Assembly: GCA_001791995.1 (NCBI GenBank)
Contig: MGFR01000001.1
Location: 242,638 to 306,637 of the forward strand
DNA length: 64,000 bases
Reading direction: 5' to 3'
DNA from: Candidatus Woesebacteria bacterium RBG_13_46_13
GTDB taxonomy: Bacteria > Patescibacteriota > Microgenomatia > UBA8517
Made by a program: the position numbers and the translations under genes. A model generated the notes under the pieces. It was not told the origin of the DNA. It ran no database searches and saw only the letters and a list, made by a program, of their open reading frames with translations. Below are positions 56,177 through 64,000 of the stretch, in pieces (the stretch's first letter is position 1; the number at the start of each line of letters is the position of its first letter).

Positions 56177-56529
56177 ATGGAGGGCAGACTCTTGCCTTAA
56201 CCGGCGATTTAGGCAGCGGGAAAACAACCTTTGTTCAAGGGTTTGCCGAAGGCCTTGGGCATATAGGCAGAATAATTTCTCCGACCTTCATCCTTATGCG
56301 CAAATACGACTTACCCGATGGTGATTTTTATCACGTTGACCTTTACCGCTTTGAAGACAATGTTGAGAAAGAGGTTGAGAATATCGGCTTGAGAGATATT
56401 TGGGGTAACAAAGATAATATTGTGGTTATCGAGTGGGCGGAGAAGATTAAAAACTTGCTTCCCGAAAATACGAAATGGCTAAAATTCGAGATGGTGGGGG
56501 AAAACGAAAGGAAAATAACAGTCGAATGA
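56110..56529 (+). CDS. tsaE: t6A biosynthesis ATPase TsaE
   Basis: GDLGSGKTT, SPTF, HVDLYR, IEW. Confidence 0.95.
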   Translation: MEVITQSAEETKDFGRKTAANLNGGQTLALTGDLGSGKTTFVQGFAEGLGHIGRIISPTFILMRKYDLPDGDFYHVDLYRFEDNVEKEVENIGLRDIWGNKDNIVVIEWAEKIKNLLPENTKWLKFEMVGENERKITVE

Positions 56530-57503
56530 GAATTTTGGTAACAGGCGGTGCCGGATATGTAGGAAGCCATATTGTTGAGGCGCTTGTCGCTGCAAAACAC
56601 AAAGTTGTAGTTTTTGACGATTTATCTATGGGTCATAGGCAAGCGGTACACCCGCGTGCAGAATTTTTCAAAGGAGACTTAAGGAAAAAGGCAGACGTTG
56701 CAAAAGTTTTTAAGAAGTACAAATTCGATGCTGTTTTTCATTTTGCGGCAAGAAGCCTGGTCGGACAGTCGATGCGTGATCCGATGCTTTACCTTGGGGA
56801 CAATGTCGTTTCCGCCGTAAACCTTTTCGAGGAGATGATCAAAAACGAGGTCGGCAAATTTATTCTTTCCTCAACGGCCAATCTTTTCGGCGACCCTACA
56901 AAAATTCCCATATCCGAAAAAGAAGCAATTACTCCGGGAAGCCCTTATGGGGAGAGCAAAAACATTATCGAAAGAGAACTTTTCTGGTTGGATAAAACTG
57001 TTGGTATGAAATACGCTTGTTTGCGCTATTTCAATGCTGCCGGCGCATCTTTGTCGGGGAGAATAGGAGAGGATCACAGAAGGGAAACTCATTTAATTCC
57101 TTGCCTAATCTCTGCTGCTTTGGAGAATAAGAAATTTATCGTTAACGGGAATGACTATAAAACCCCGGACGGAACCTGTATCAGAGATTATGTTCACGTC
57201 AGCGATTTGGCCAGGGCACACCTCTTGGCCCTGAAGGCGATTGGTTTAAAAAGCCGTATTTATAATCTCGGCAGCGGTAAGGGCTACTCCATTATTGAGG
57301 TGATAAGAACGGTTGAGACGGAAACTGGGAAAAAGATTAATTTTGGTTTTGGTCCCAGGAGAGCCGGTGACCCGGATAAATTAATTGCCTCCTCGGCAAG
57401 GATAAAAAGAGAATTGGGATGGAAGCCTAAATATTCTTTAACGGAAATTGTGGAAACCGCTTATAAGTGGCACTTAAGCCATCCGAAAGGATACGCAAAA
57501 TGA
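56526..57503 (+). CDS. galE: UDP-glucose 4-epimerase
   Basis: GGAGYVGSH, YGESK, LRYFNAAGA, DGTCIRDYVHV. Confidence 0.95.
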   Translation: MRILVTGGAGYVGSHIVEALVAAKHKVVVFDDLSMGHRQAVHPRAEFFKGDLRKKADVAKVFKKYKFDAVFHFAARSLVGQSMRDPMLYLGDNVVSAVNLFEEMIKNEVGKFILSSTANLFGDPTKIPISEKEAITPGSPYGESKNIIERELFWLDKTVGMKYACLRYFNAAGASLSGRIGEDHRRETHLIPCLISAALENKKFIVNGNDYKTPDGTCIRDYVHVSDLARAHLLALKAIGLKSRIYNLGSGKGYSIIEVIRTVETETGKKINFGFGPRRAGDPDKLIASSARIKRELGWKPKYSLTEIVETAYKWHLSHPKGYAK

Positions 57504-57805
57504 AACTTTATATCGATACCTCCAGCAGAGAAGAAATCGTTGTTGGTCTTGGTAGCAAGAGGTTTAAAACAAATGCCAAAGAAAATGCGTCGCAAAAGCT
57601 ACTCTCTTTTATAGACGAGATTCTAAAAAAAGAAGGCGTTTCGATTAATCAGATAACCGAGATCGAGGTAAATACCGGCCCGGGATCTTTTACCGGCTTA
57701 AGGGTTGGAGTTGCCATCGCCAACACTTTGGGTTGGGCCTTGGATATTCCGGTCAACGGCAAAAATCTTCGCAAGGGTGAAAAAGTGGACATAAAATACT
57801 CTTGA
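57500..57805 (+). CDS. tsaB: TsaB, N-terminal domain only
   Basis: LYIDTS, GPGSFTGLRVG; 101 aa. Confidence 0.88.
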   Translation: MKLYIDTSSREEIVVGLGSKRFKTNAKENASQKLLSFIDEILKKEGVSINQITEIEVNTGPGSFTGLRVGVAIANTLGWALDIPVNGKNLRKGEKVDIKYS

Positions 57806-57808
57806 GAA

Positions 57809-57866
57809 TATAATCCGGGTGCTCGTTAATATAACTGCGGATACAGGCAAGAAAGGAGAAAGGGAG
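57809..57866 (+). promoter_or_regulatory. Unit 6 leader: -10, boxA-like, 5' arm, SD
   Basis: TATAAT 57809; GCTCGTTAATAT 57821-57832; arm 57832-57850; AAGGAG and GGGAG before ATG 57867. Confidence 0.72.
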
Positions 57867-58115
57867 ATGAAAGGACGGCTGGTTCTTAAGGTCCGTCCCA
57901 AGAAGGGTGCGAGTATTACGTTTCTGTCTTCCGTCTTGGCGGGCAGCATACCGGCTGTAGTTGCCAAAACCGTGTCGGGTGGAAAGGCGACCTTTGAACC
58001 CGACAAGGACGGGAACTTCGAAGTCAGACTTCTTGACGAGACCTTTGAAGGTCAACTCAAGAGGCTTCTGGAAAGCACAAGCTTCGAAGTCCTGGAACTC
58101 CAGGAAGTCGCCTGA
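57867..58115 (+). CDS. 82-aa hypothetical protein
   Basis: MKGRLVLKVRPKKG..; strong SD. Confidence 0.7.
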   Translation: MKGRLVLKVRPKKGASITFLSSVLAGSIPAVVAKTVSGGKATFEPDKDGNFEVRLLDETFEGQLKRLLESTSFEVLELQEVA

Positions 58116-58117
58116 TG

Positions 58118-58180
58118 TTGCCTCGCCGCAGAGTTAGCCCTCCTTATTACTGCTTCTTGTCCCCAGGAGGGCTTTTCTCT
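58118..58180 (+). terminator. Unit 6 trailer arm plus terminator
   Basis: TTGCCT..CCGCA..GTTA pairs with leader TAAC-TGCGG..AGGCAA; AGCCCTCCT/AGGAGGGCT stem then T-rich tail. Confidence 0.78.
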
Positions 58181-58226
58181 TCTTATTTGCCATAGCAATT
58201 TGAAATATGTATTATTATTTCTATAC

Positions 58227-58997
58227 ATGAGAAGGTTAGTTTTCTTAGGCTTCGCTTTCGCTTTCCTTTTTGGGTTATTTATGACCCCTGTTCTTTCGGC
58301 AAAACCGACTGATATCCCCGAAGAAGACGGGATTTATGACGAGCCAGGACATCCCGGAGTGAAAGTTAGGGTTTTTGTGCACAGGGAAAGACCTGCTAAG
58401 CCCAGTACACCACCCACCCTTGTTTGTGAACTCACCGACCCGAGTTCCCCCGCTATCGTTGGAAAAGAGGCCTGGAAACTGCCATCAACTTGGACTTATA
58501 ACCTAAATCCTTCCAGTGTTCCTGCCTCGGTCGGCTCCGGAAGTTTGCAAACAATTGCAGCAAACGGATTTAATGATTGGCAGAGCGCATCCGGGAATAA
58601 AGTCCATTTTGCCAGAGGCTCGGATACGACAGTCTCGAGACAAGCGTATGACGGCGTTAACGTAGTTACCTGGGGAAGAACTTCAGGAAGCGCCTTGGGG
58701 GTTACCTATATAAGGTATAACGGTACAACAGGTGAGGCTTTAGACGTGGATACTATTATGAATAGCAAGTTTACCTGGAGCTGGTCAAACTCCGTTAGTT
58801 GCGCCTACTCTTCAACCTATGATGCGGAAAATATTATGACCCACGAGCTGGGACACTGGCTGGGTTTGACCGATGAGTACGATGCAGCCAACTATCAAAA
58901 CGCGACAATGTACGGATATGGCGCCAAAGGAGAAGTGAAGAAAGTTACCTTAACCACTGGAGATAGCGCGGGCGCATTCGCTATCTATAATCCTTGA
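58227..58997 (+). CDS. Secreted matrixin-like (M10/metzincin) metalloprotease
   Basis: Signal peptide; HELGHWLGLTD; Met-turn ATMYG. Confidence 0.85.
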   Translation: MRRLVFLGFAFAFLFGLFMTPVLSAKPTDIPEEDGIYDEPGHPGVKVRVFVHRERPAKPSTPPTLVCELTDPSSPAIVGKEAWKLPSTWTYNLNPSSVPASVGSGSLQTIAANGFNDWQSASGNKVHFARGSDTTVSRQAYDGVNVVTWGRTSGSALGVTYIRYNGTTGEALDVDTIMNSKFTWSWSNSVSCAYSSTYDAENIMTHELGHWLGLTDEYDAANYQNATMYGYGAKGEVKKVTLTTGDSAGAFAIYNP

Positions 58998-59590
58998 TGA
59001 CAAAACCCAAAATACTTCATTTTTTGGGAAACCTTTTAATCTTCATCGCTGCCGTAATTTTGGTTCTTACCTTTACTCCCGTATTTGAGCAGGAAGCCAA
59101 GTACCAGATCAAGCACACTTTCAATTCGCCTTACAAAGAAAAAGATTTAACCCCGCCCAATACGGATTTTGCCATCGTCATACCCAAAATAGGTGCGGTT
59201 GCACCGGTTATTGCCAACACCGACCCCTTGGACCCCAAAAAATACATGCCCGTTTTGTATAAAGGGGTTGCCCACGCCAAAGGAACGGCTTTCCCCGGAG
59301 AGTTTGGAAACACTTATATTTTCGCCCACTCGACGGACACTTTTTATAATGTGGGCCGCTATAACGCCGTTTTTTACCTGATTGGCAAGCTCGAGAAGGG
59401 GGACGAGATAGATATTTACTATAAGGGTGAGAAGATCGTCTATGAGGTAGTGGAAAAGAAGGTTGTTGGGGCTGATGCCGTAAAGTATCTGGGGAAGCTG
59501 GGAGAGTGGAACACCTTGACTCTGCAGACCTGCTACCCACCGGGGACAACCCTTAAAAGGCTGGTAGTTGTGGCCAATGAAAAAATATAG
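58997..59590 (+). CDS. Sortase
   Basis: IVIPKIG, GVAH..PG..GNTYIFAHS, TLQTCYPPGTTLKRLVV. Confidence 0.92.
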   Translation: MTKPKILHFLGNLLIFIAAVILVLTFTPVFEQEAKYQIKHTFNSPYKEKDLTPPNTDFAIVIPKIGAVAPVIANTDPLDPKKYMPVLYKGVAHAKGTAFPGEFGNTYIFAHSTDTFYNVGRYNAVFYLIGKLEKGDEIDIYYKGEKIVYEVVEKKVVGADAVKYLGKLGEWNTLTLQTCYPPGTTLKRLVVVANEKI

Positions 59591-59647
59591 GCCCATAATT
59601 TGACAATTAAAGACAAAAAATGTATAAATCACTAACTGCCCCAATAA

Positions 59648-62600
59648 ATGAGCCAAAAACTGCTTAAACGCGTCTTTTCGGCCATAGCCGCATTTTCACT
59701 TCTGGTGAACTCTATTTCCGCGCCTCTTACGGTTTACGCACAGAACGCTGGAAATTCTCCATTAGCCGCCGATCCGCCCCATACGCCTAATCCATCCGGA
59801 AACCTTGACCAATGTAGCAATGGATCCTCAGTTTCTCCCACGAATCCTTGCACTTGGGTAAATGGAAACCTGAATAGCAATCAAGCACATTATGTAGAAG
59901 GACAATCGGTGCCATATAGACTTATCATGGAAGATTTGCCGGTCTCCTCGTCTATAACCCTGACGCTAGGATATGATATCAAACACAGTGATAAGCACGC
60001 TCTTGATTACTTAACCCACTTTAACCGATTAGAACCCCACAGCCCTTTTGGGCATACTGCTGAAACGATAGACCCAGCAAGTGGGATATCTGGACTATCT
60101 GCGACGGTGACAACCTATTCAATCCCGTCCCCGAGCTCGGTTGGTTCACCAGTGAGTGGGCAACCAACAACAAGTTTTGATGCGCTTCCAGCTGGGGAAA
60201 AATTGATGACTCTCTATGGTGGAACAATTAACGATATCGTTTACAACACTCAGGGGGACCTAACCGATTCACAAGCAGAGACAAGAATAGATATCATTTT
60301 TACCGCTGATAGCGCGACCGCTGTCTTAGCTTGGGGGGGTCATATTGCGAGTAGACTCGACTGGGGTTTTGATGGGTTAACCCCCAGATCGGCCAGCGGA
60401 ATTAGCGGTTCCCCTTATCACATGAGGCAGATAAGCTGGACTATAGGAAATCTGGGGAATCAAGACAGGTCTCTACAGGCAGGAGCAGTGATACCTCCTG
60501 GAAATTTGACTATCATTAAGCAGATAGAACCACCTGATTCTACTCTTTGGGATTTTTCTGTGACAGGCCCCAATAGCTATACAAACAGTATTCAGGACTT
60601 GGGGGATGGAGGTCAATCGGTATTGAGCGTGGCCCCAGGAACATACACCATAACCGAAACAACCAGTCAGGATTATTCCCCAAGTGTTACCTGCAACACG
60701 GGCGAAAGTGGCTCCGGAAGCGTCCAGGTTGATATTTCTTCGACAGAGAACGTGGTGTGCACTTTTGTAAACACCCTACAGCCGGCCCATTTGACGCTGG
60801 TTAAAACAATTACGATTGACAATGGAGGTGTAGCCACAGTAGCTGATTGGACTTTAAGCGCAAGTGGAACCACACCAATTTCAGGAACTTCTGGAAGCGG
60901 TGCAGTTACAAATGCAGCAGTATATTCGGGAACATACTCTCTCTCCGAGAGTGGGCCTTCAGGCTATACCCCGAGTGCCTGGAGTTGTATTAAAAACGCA
61001 GGGCAACCTATAGAAGGAAATTCGATAGTTCTCGCTCCGAACGATACGGCGGTTTGTACGATTAACAATGACGACATTTCTCCTTCGCTCACACTTGATA
61101 AGGTGTTGATCAAGGACAATGGAGGCAATGCACAGGAAAGCGACTGGACCCTAACCGCAACTGGTCCGACGCCTCTTTCTGGTCCTGGGGCGGCCGGCTC
61201 TGCAGATGTTGTAAGCGGATCAGGATTTTCAGCTGGGACTTATACTCTTTCCGAATCAGAAGGACCAGAGGGGTATTCTTCTAGCGCCTGGAGTTGTACA
61301 GGAACGGCTACCCAAAACGGAAACGAGATTACTCTAGCATTGGGTCAAACAGCCACCTGTACTGTTACAAATAATGATATTGCACCGACTCTTACCCTCG
61401 TCAAGACAGTATCGAACGACAATGGAGGAACAAAAGTCGTTTCCGATTTCCCGCTTTTTATAAACGGCGTTTCCGCCACAAGCGGGGTTGCCTACCCCTT
61501 AATGGCCAATACGCTCTATACGGCAACAGAAACACAGGATGAGGATTATCAAGCATTTCCTTGGGGTACGGACTGTGCACCAGATGGCACCATAACTCTC
61601 CAGCTTGGGGAGAATAAAACTTGCACAATTTTGAATGACGATATTGCTCCCACATTAACTTTGGTAAAGAGCGTTTTCAATGATTACGGGGGCAATAACC
61701 TCGTTTCCGATTTTTACCTCTATATCAACGATCTTTTGGTAACAAGCGGGGTACCAAATACCCTTAACGCAGGAAGTTATACAGCTAGCGAAGGCCCGTT
61801 GTCAGGCTATACTCCTTCAAGCTGGGGTGGCGATTGTAGTGCAGGCGGGGCAGTGACGCTTCTTCCGGGAGATAATAAAACCTGTACTATATCAAACAGC
61901 GATACCCCGGCGTCAATAACTTTGACTAAAGTTGTAATTAGTGACAATGGCGGAAACGCTGGAGTCAACGACTTTGGTTTAAGTATAGGTGGCGCCCCCG
62001 TCAGTTCTGGGACTACAAGGCAAGTAAATTCGAATACTCCGATTACCATAGACGAAATTGGCCTTACGGGCTACGGTTTCGTTTCGATAACAGGCGATGC
62101 GAAGTGTCCGGCACAGTTGGGTGGAACAGTAACCCTGAATGAAGGAGAAAGCGTAAGTTGTACCATAACGAACGATGATGAGGCGCCAACTATCACTTTG
62201 GTTAAAGATGTCATAAATGACAATGGAGGGTTAGCTGGAGAAAACGATTTTGGCCTAACAATAGGTGGAACAGGGGTAAATTCAAATCAAACCCTAACCG
62301 TTGTTGCAAACACCCCGTACGTCATTACCGAGGCCGGAAAGACGGGCTACGCGTTTGTGTCAATATCCGGCGCAGGCTGTCCGGCTGAGCTCGGGGGAAC
62401 AGTTACTCCTAACGAAGGGGAAGATATTGTTTGTACCATTACAAACGATGATGTTTCCCCGACCGTAACCTTAAATAAAATAGTCAGAGGGGGAGAGGCA
62501 GGAGTCAACGACTTTGGCTTAACGGTTGGAGGGCAGGGAGTCAATTCCGGCCAAACAGTAAATGTAACAGCCAACACCCCGATTGGATTAAACGAAGCAG

Positions 62601-63964
62601 GCCTTGACGGCTATAGTTTTGATTCGATAACAGGTGCCGGTTGCCCATCTACATTAGGAGGAACCGTTACTTTAGGCGAGGGAGGAAGCATCACCTGTAC
62701 AATTATTAACACGAGAGATATTGGAGATATCTCGGGTTATAAATTTGAAGACCTGAACGGTAACGGAGATTGGGATGACGGTGAACCCGGATTGGCGGGT
62801 TGGACGATCGAGCTCTGGGGTGGGCAGGAAGACTTAATCGATTCTACGGTAACCTCAGCAGATCCCCTCGGAGAATACGGGTTTGAGAATATTCCGACTG
62901 GTGAGTATGCTGTTTGCGAGGTATTAGAGGACGGCTGGACACAAACTTATCCTCAAGGATGCCATTTCTTCACTCTTACGAAAGAAGGCATACAAGGATT
63001 AGATTTTGGCAACTTTAGGTTGGCCTCAATCGGGGACTTTATTTGGCGAGATAATGATGGGGATGGACTACAAGACCCAGGGGAACCAGGGATAGTAGGA
63101 ATTGGGGTAAACCTATATCTTGATGACGACGGAACCCCGGGATTAAATACTTCCACAGACTTACTAGTTGCCAGTGACATAACCGACGGAACCGGGGCAT
63201 ATCTGTTTGAAAATCTTGGCCCGGGCGAATACTTCACAGACGTTATCGAATCTACTTTGCCTGTAGGGTATTCCAATACGACCCCAGATCCTGTTGGGCC
63301 TATTATTTTGAGCTCCGGTGAAATCTATCTGCTTGCAGACGTCGGCTATGTTCCTCCCGTCAAGGAAATCAGAATCGAAAAGTCGAACGATAAGGAAGGC
63401 GGAGCAACAGCTGGAGATATCGTTACTTATTCTTTAGTTATTTCAAACACGGGAGATGTGGCTATCGGCGACGTAATCGTGACGGATGTATTACCCGGCG
63501 GATTCATATATGAAAACGGATCAACTTCAATCACAGGGGCTCCAGATGTTGAACCTGGAGTGGCGGGAAGTATTCTTACTTGGGATATCGGCACAGTATT
63601 TCCCAAAGAGCCGGTTACGATTATTTACCAGGCAAAAATTTCCTCGGAGCTGCCGGCAGGATCTTACAAGAACTATGCAACTTGCGAGGGACAGATAGGG
63701 GGAATTATTCCCCAGAATGGACCAGAGGAACGTGTTGCTGTGTATGAATCGGAACCGATAAGCTGTAATATCGATGATTCGGATGTTTCACTTGGTCAGT
63801 CCTTTAGCTACGGCGGAAAGCTTACGCCCCAGGTTTTAGGTGCGGCAACCGAACTTCCCGCTACGGGTAACTCAACCGGAATTCTGATCTTTGCCATCGC
63901 CGCAGGTCTTGGGGGATTTGCTCTTAAGCTGAGAGAAAAGAGGACAAAACATGCAAAAAACTAA
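59648..63964 (+). CDS. Large LPxTG surface adhesin: N-domain, about 8 Ig-like repeats, 2 SdrD B-like, DUF11
   Basis: Signal peptide; repeats TLxK..NDNGG..C..CTI.N; LPATG-TM-basic tail; promoter TTGACA(59600)-17 nt-TATAAA. Confidence 0.9.
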   Translation: MSQKLLKRVFSAIAAFSLLVNSISAPLTVYAQNAGNSPLAADPPHTPNPSGNLDQCSNGSSVSPTNPCTWVNGNLNSNQAHYVEGQSVPYRLIMEDLPVSSSITLTLGYDIKHSDKHALDYLTHFNRLEPHSPFGHTAETIDPASGISGLSATVTTYSIPSPSSVGSPVSGQPTTSFDALPAGEKLMTLYGGTINDIVYNTQGDLTDSQAETRIDIIFTADSATAVLAWGGHIASRLDWGFDGLTPRSASGISGSPYHMRQISWTIGNLGNQDRSLQAGAVIPPGNLTIIKQIEPPDSTLWDFSVTGPNSYTNSIQDLGDGGQSVLSVAPGTYTITETTSQDYSPSVTCNTGESGSGSVQVDISSTENVVCTFVNTLQPAHLTLVKTITIDNGGVATVADWTLSASGTTPISGTSGSGAVTNAAVYSGTYSLSESGPSGYTPSAWSCIKNAGQPIEGNSIVLAPNDTAVCTINNDDISPSLTLDKVLIKDNGGNAQESDWTLTATGPTPLSGPGAAGSADVVSGSGFSAGTYTLSESEGPEGYSSSAWSCTGTATQNGNEITLALGQTATCTVTNNDIAPTLTLVKTVSNDNGGTKVVSDFPLFINGVSATSGVAYPLMANTLYTATETQDEDYQAFPWGTDCAPDGTITLQLGENKTCTILNDDIAPTLTLVKSVFNDYGGNNLVSDFYLYINDLLVTSGVPNTLNAGSYTASEGPLSGYTPSSWGGDCSAGGAVTLLPGDNKTCTISNSDTPASITLTKVVISDNGGNAGVNDFGLSIGGAPVSSGTTRQVNSNTPITIDEIGLTGYGFVSITGDAKCPAQLGGTVTLNEGESVSCTITNDDEAPTITLVKDVINDNGGLAGENDFGLTIGGTGVNSNQTLTVVANTPYVITEAGKTGYAFVSISGAGCPAELGGTVTPNEGEDIVCTITNDDVSPTVTLNKIVRGGEAGVNDFGLTVGGQGVNSGQTVNVTANTPIGLNEAGLDGYSFDSITGAGCPSTLGGTVTLGEGGSITCTIINTRDIGDISGYKFEDLNGNGDWDDGEPGLAGWTIELWGGQEDLIDSTVTSADPLGEYGFENIPTGEYAVCEVLEDGWTQTYPQGCHFFTLTKEGIQGLDFGNFRLASIGDFIWRDNDGDGLQDPGEPGIVGIGVNLYLDDDGTPGLNTSTDLLVASDITDGTGAYLFENLGPGEYFTDVIESTLPVGYSNTTPDPVGPIILSSGEIYLLADVGYVPPVKEIRIEKSNDKEGGATAGDIVTYSLVISNTGDVAIGDVIVTDVLPGGFIYENGSTSITGAPDVEPGVAGSILTWDIGTVFPKEPVTIIYQAKISSELPAGSYKNYATCEGQIGGIIPQNGPEERVAVYESEPISCNIDDSDVSLGQSFSYGGKLTPQVLGAATELPATGNSTGILIFAIAAGLGGFALKLREKRTKHAKN

Positions 63965-64000
63965 AATAGCAACATTGTTACTTGGATTCTTGGCAGGCTT
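63951..64000 (+). CDS. 5' end of the next gene (partial), signal-peptide-like
   Basis: MQKTKIATLLLGFLAG.. with AGAGG upstream. Confidence 0.55.
   Translation, partial: MQKTKIATLLLGFLAG

Noticed and set aside
21928-58136. Leader-trailer arms as IS/MITE terminal inverted repeats
   Set aside because: No shared sequence between units, no transposase, no evident target duplications; arms lie inside the promoter-terminator span and contain G-U pairs and bulges. Not fully excluded.
1-64000. Alternative genetic code (TGA recoded)
   Set aside because: TGA ends several conserved genes at expected lengths (recJ, aspS context, lysS, tgt, ftsE) and conserved ORFs are uninterrupted.

Overview
Chromosomal window from a small-genome bacterium using genetic code 11. 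The gene content and streamlined proteins (class I LysRS, AspRS without the GAD insert, shortened Rel, N-terminal-only TsaB, sortase) suggest Patescibacteria/CPR, probably Microgenomates; this is an inference. Most of it is housekeeping: secDF, cca, recJ, rel, aspS, gltX, hpt, uppP, lon, greA, lysS, serS, rarA, secA, tgt, prfB, ftsEX, tsaE/B, galE, tRNA-Gln(CTG), tRNA-Glu(CTC). Many of these genes look leaderless, with a -10 box 6-9 nt before the start codon. The most striking signal is six scattered accessory transcription units (at about 21.9, 23.0, 29.9, 46.8, 52.0 and 57.8 kb) that share a pre-rRNA-like layout: sigma70 -10 box, an optional small hairpin, a boxA-like 12-mer, a leader segment complementary to the trailer just after the stop codon (11-15 bp, with mismatches being G-U wobbles on the mRNA strand), a strong Shine-Dalgarno, an orphan ORF, and a structured terminator. 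Other notable items: a tRNA-Gln-anchored AT-rich cassette array with degenerate att-like repeats (TIR protein, ATP-grasp, GIY-YIG); a candidate -1 frameshift; three Tat-signal cell-wall proteins around Tad minor pilins; a circularly permuted M23 peptidase after ftsEX; a CIRCE-like operator at lon; and a sortase plus LPxTG adhesin with predicted isopeptide repeats. All calls come from reading the sequence by eye; no database searches were run.
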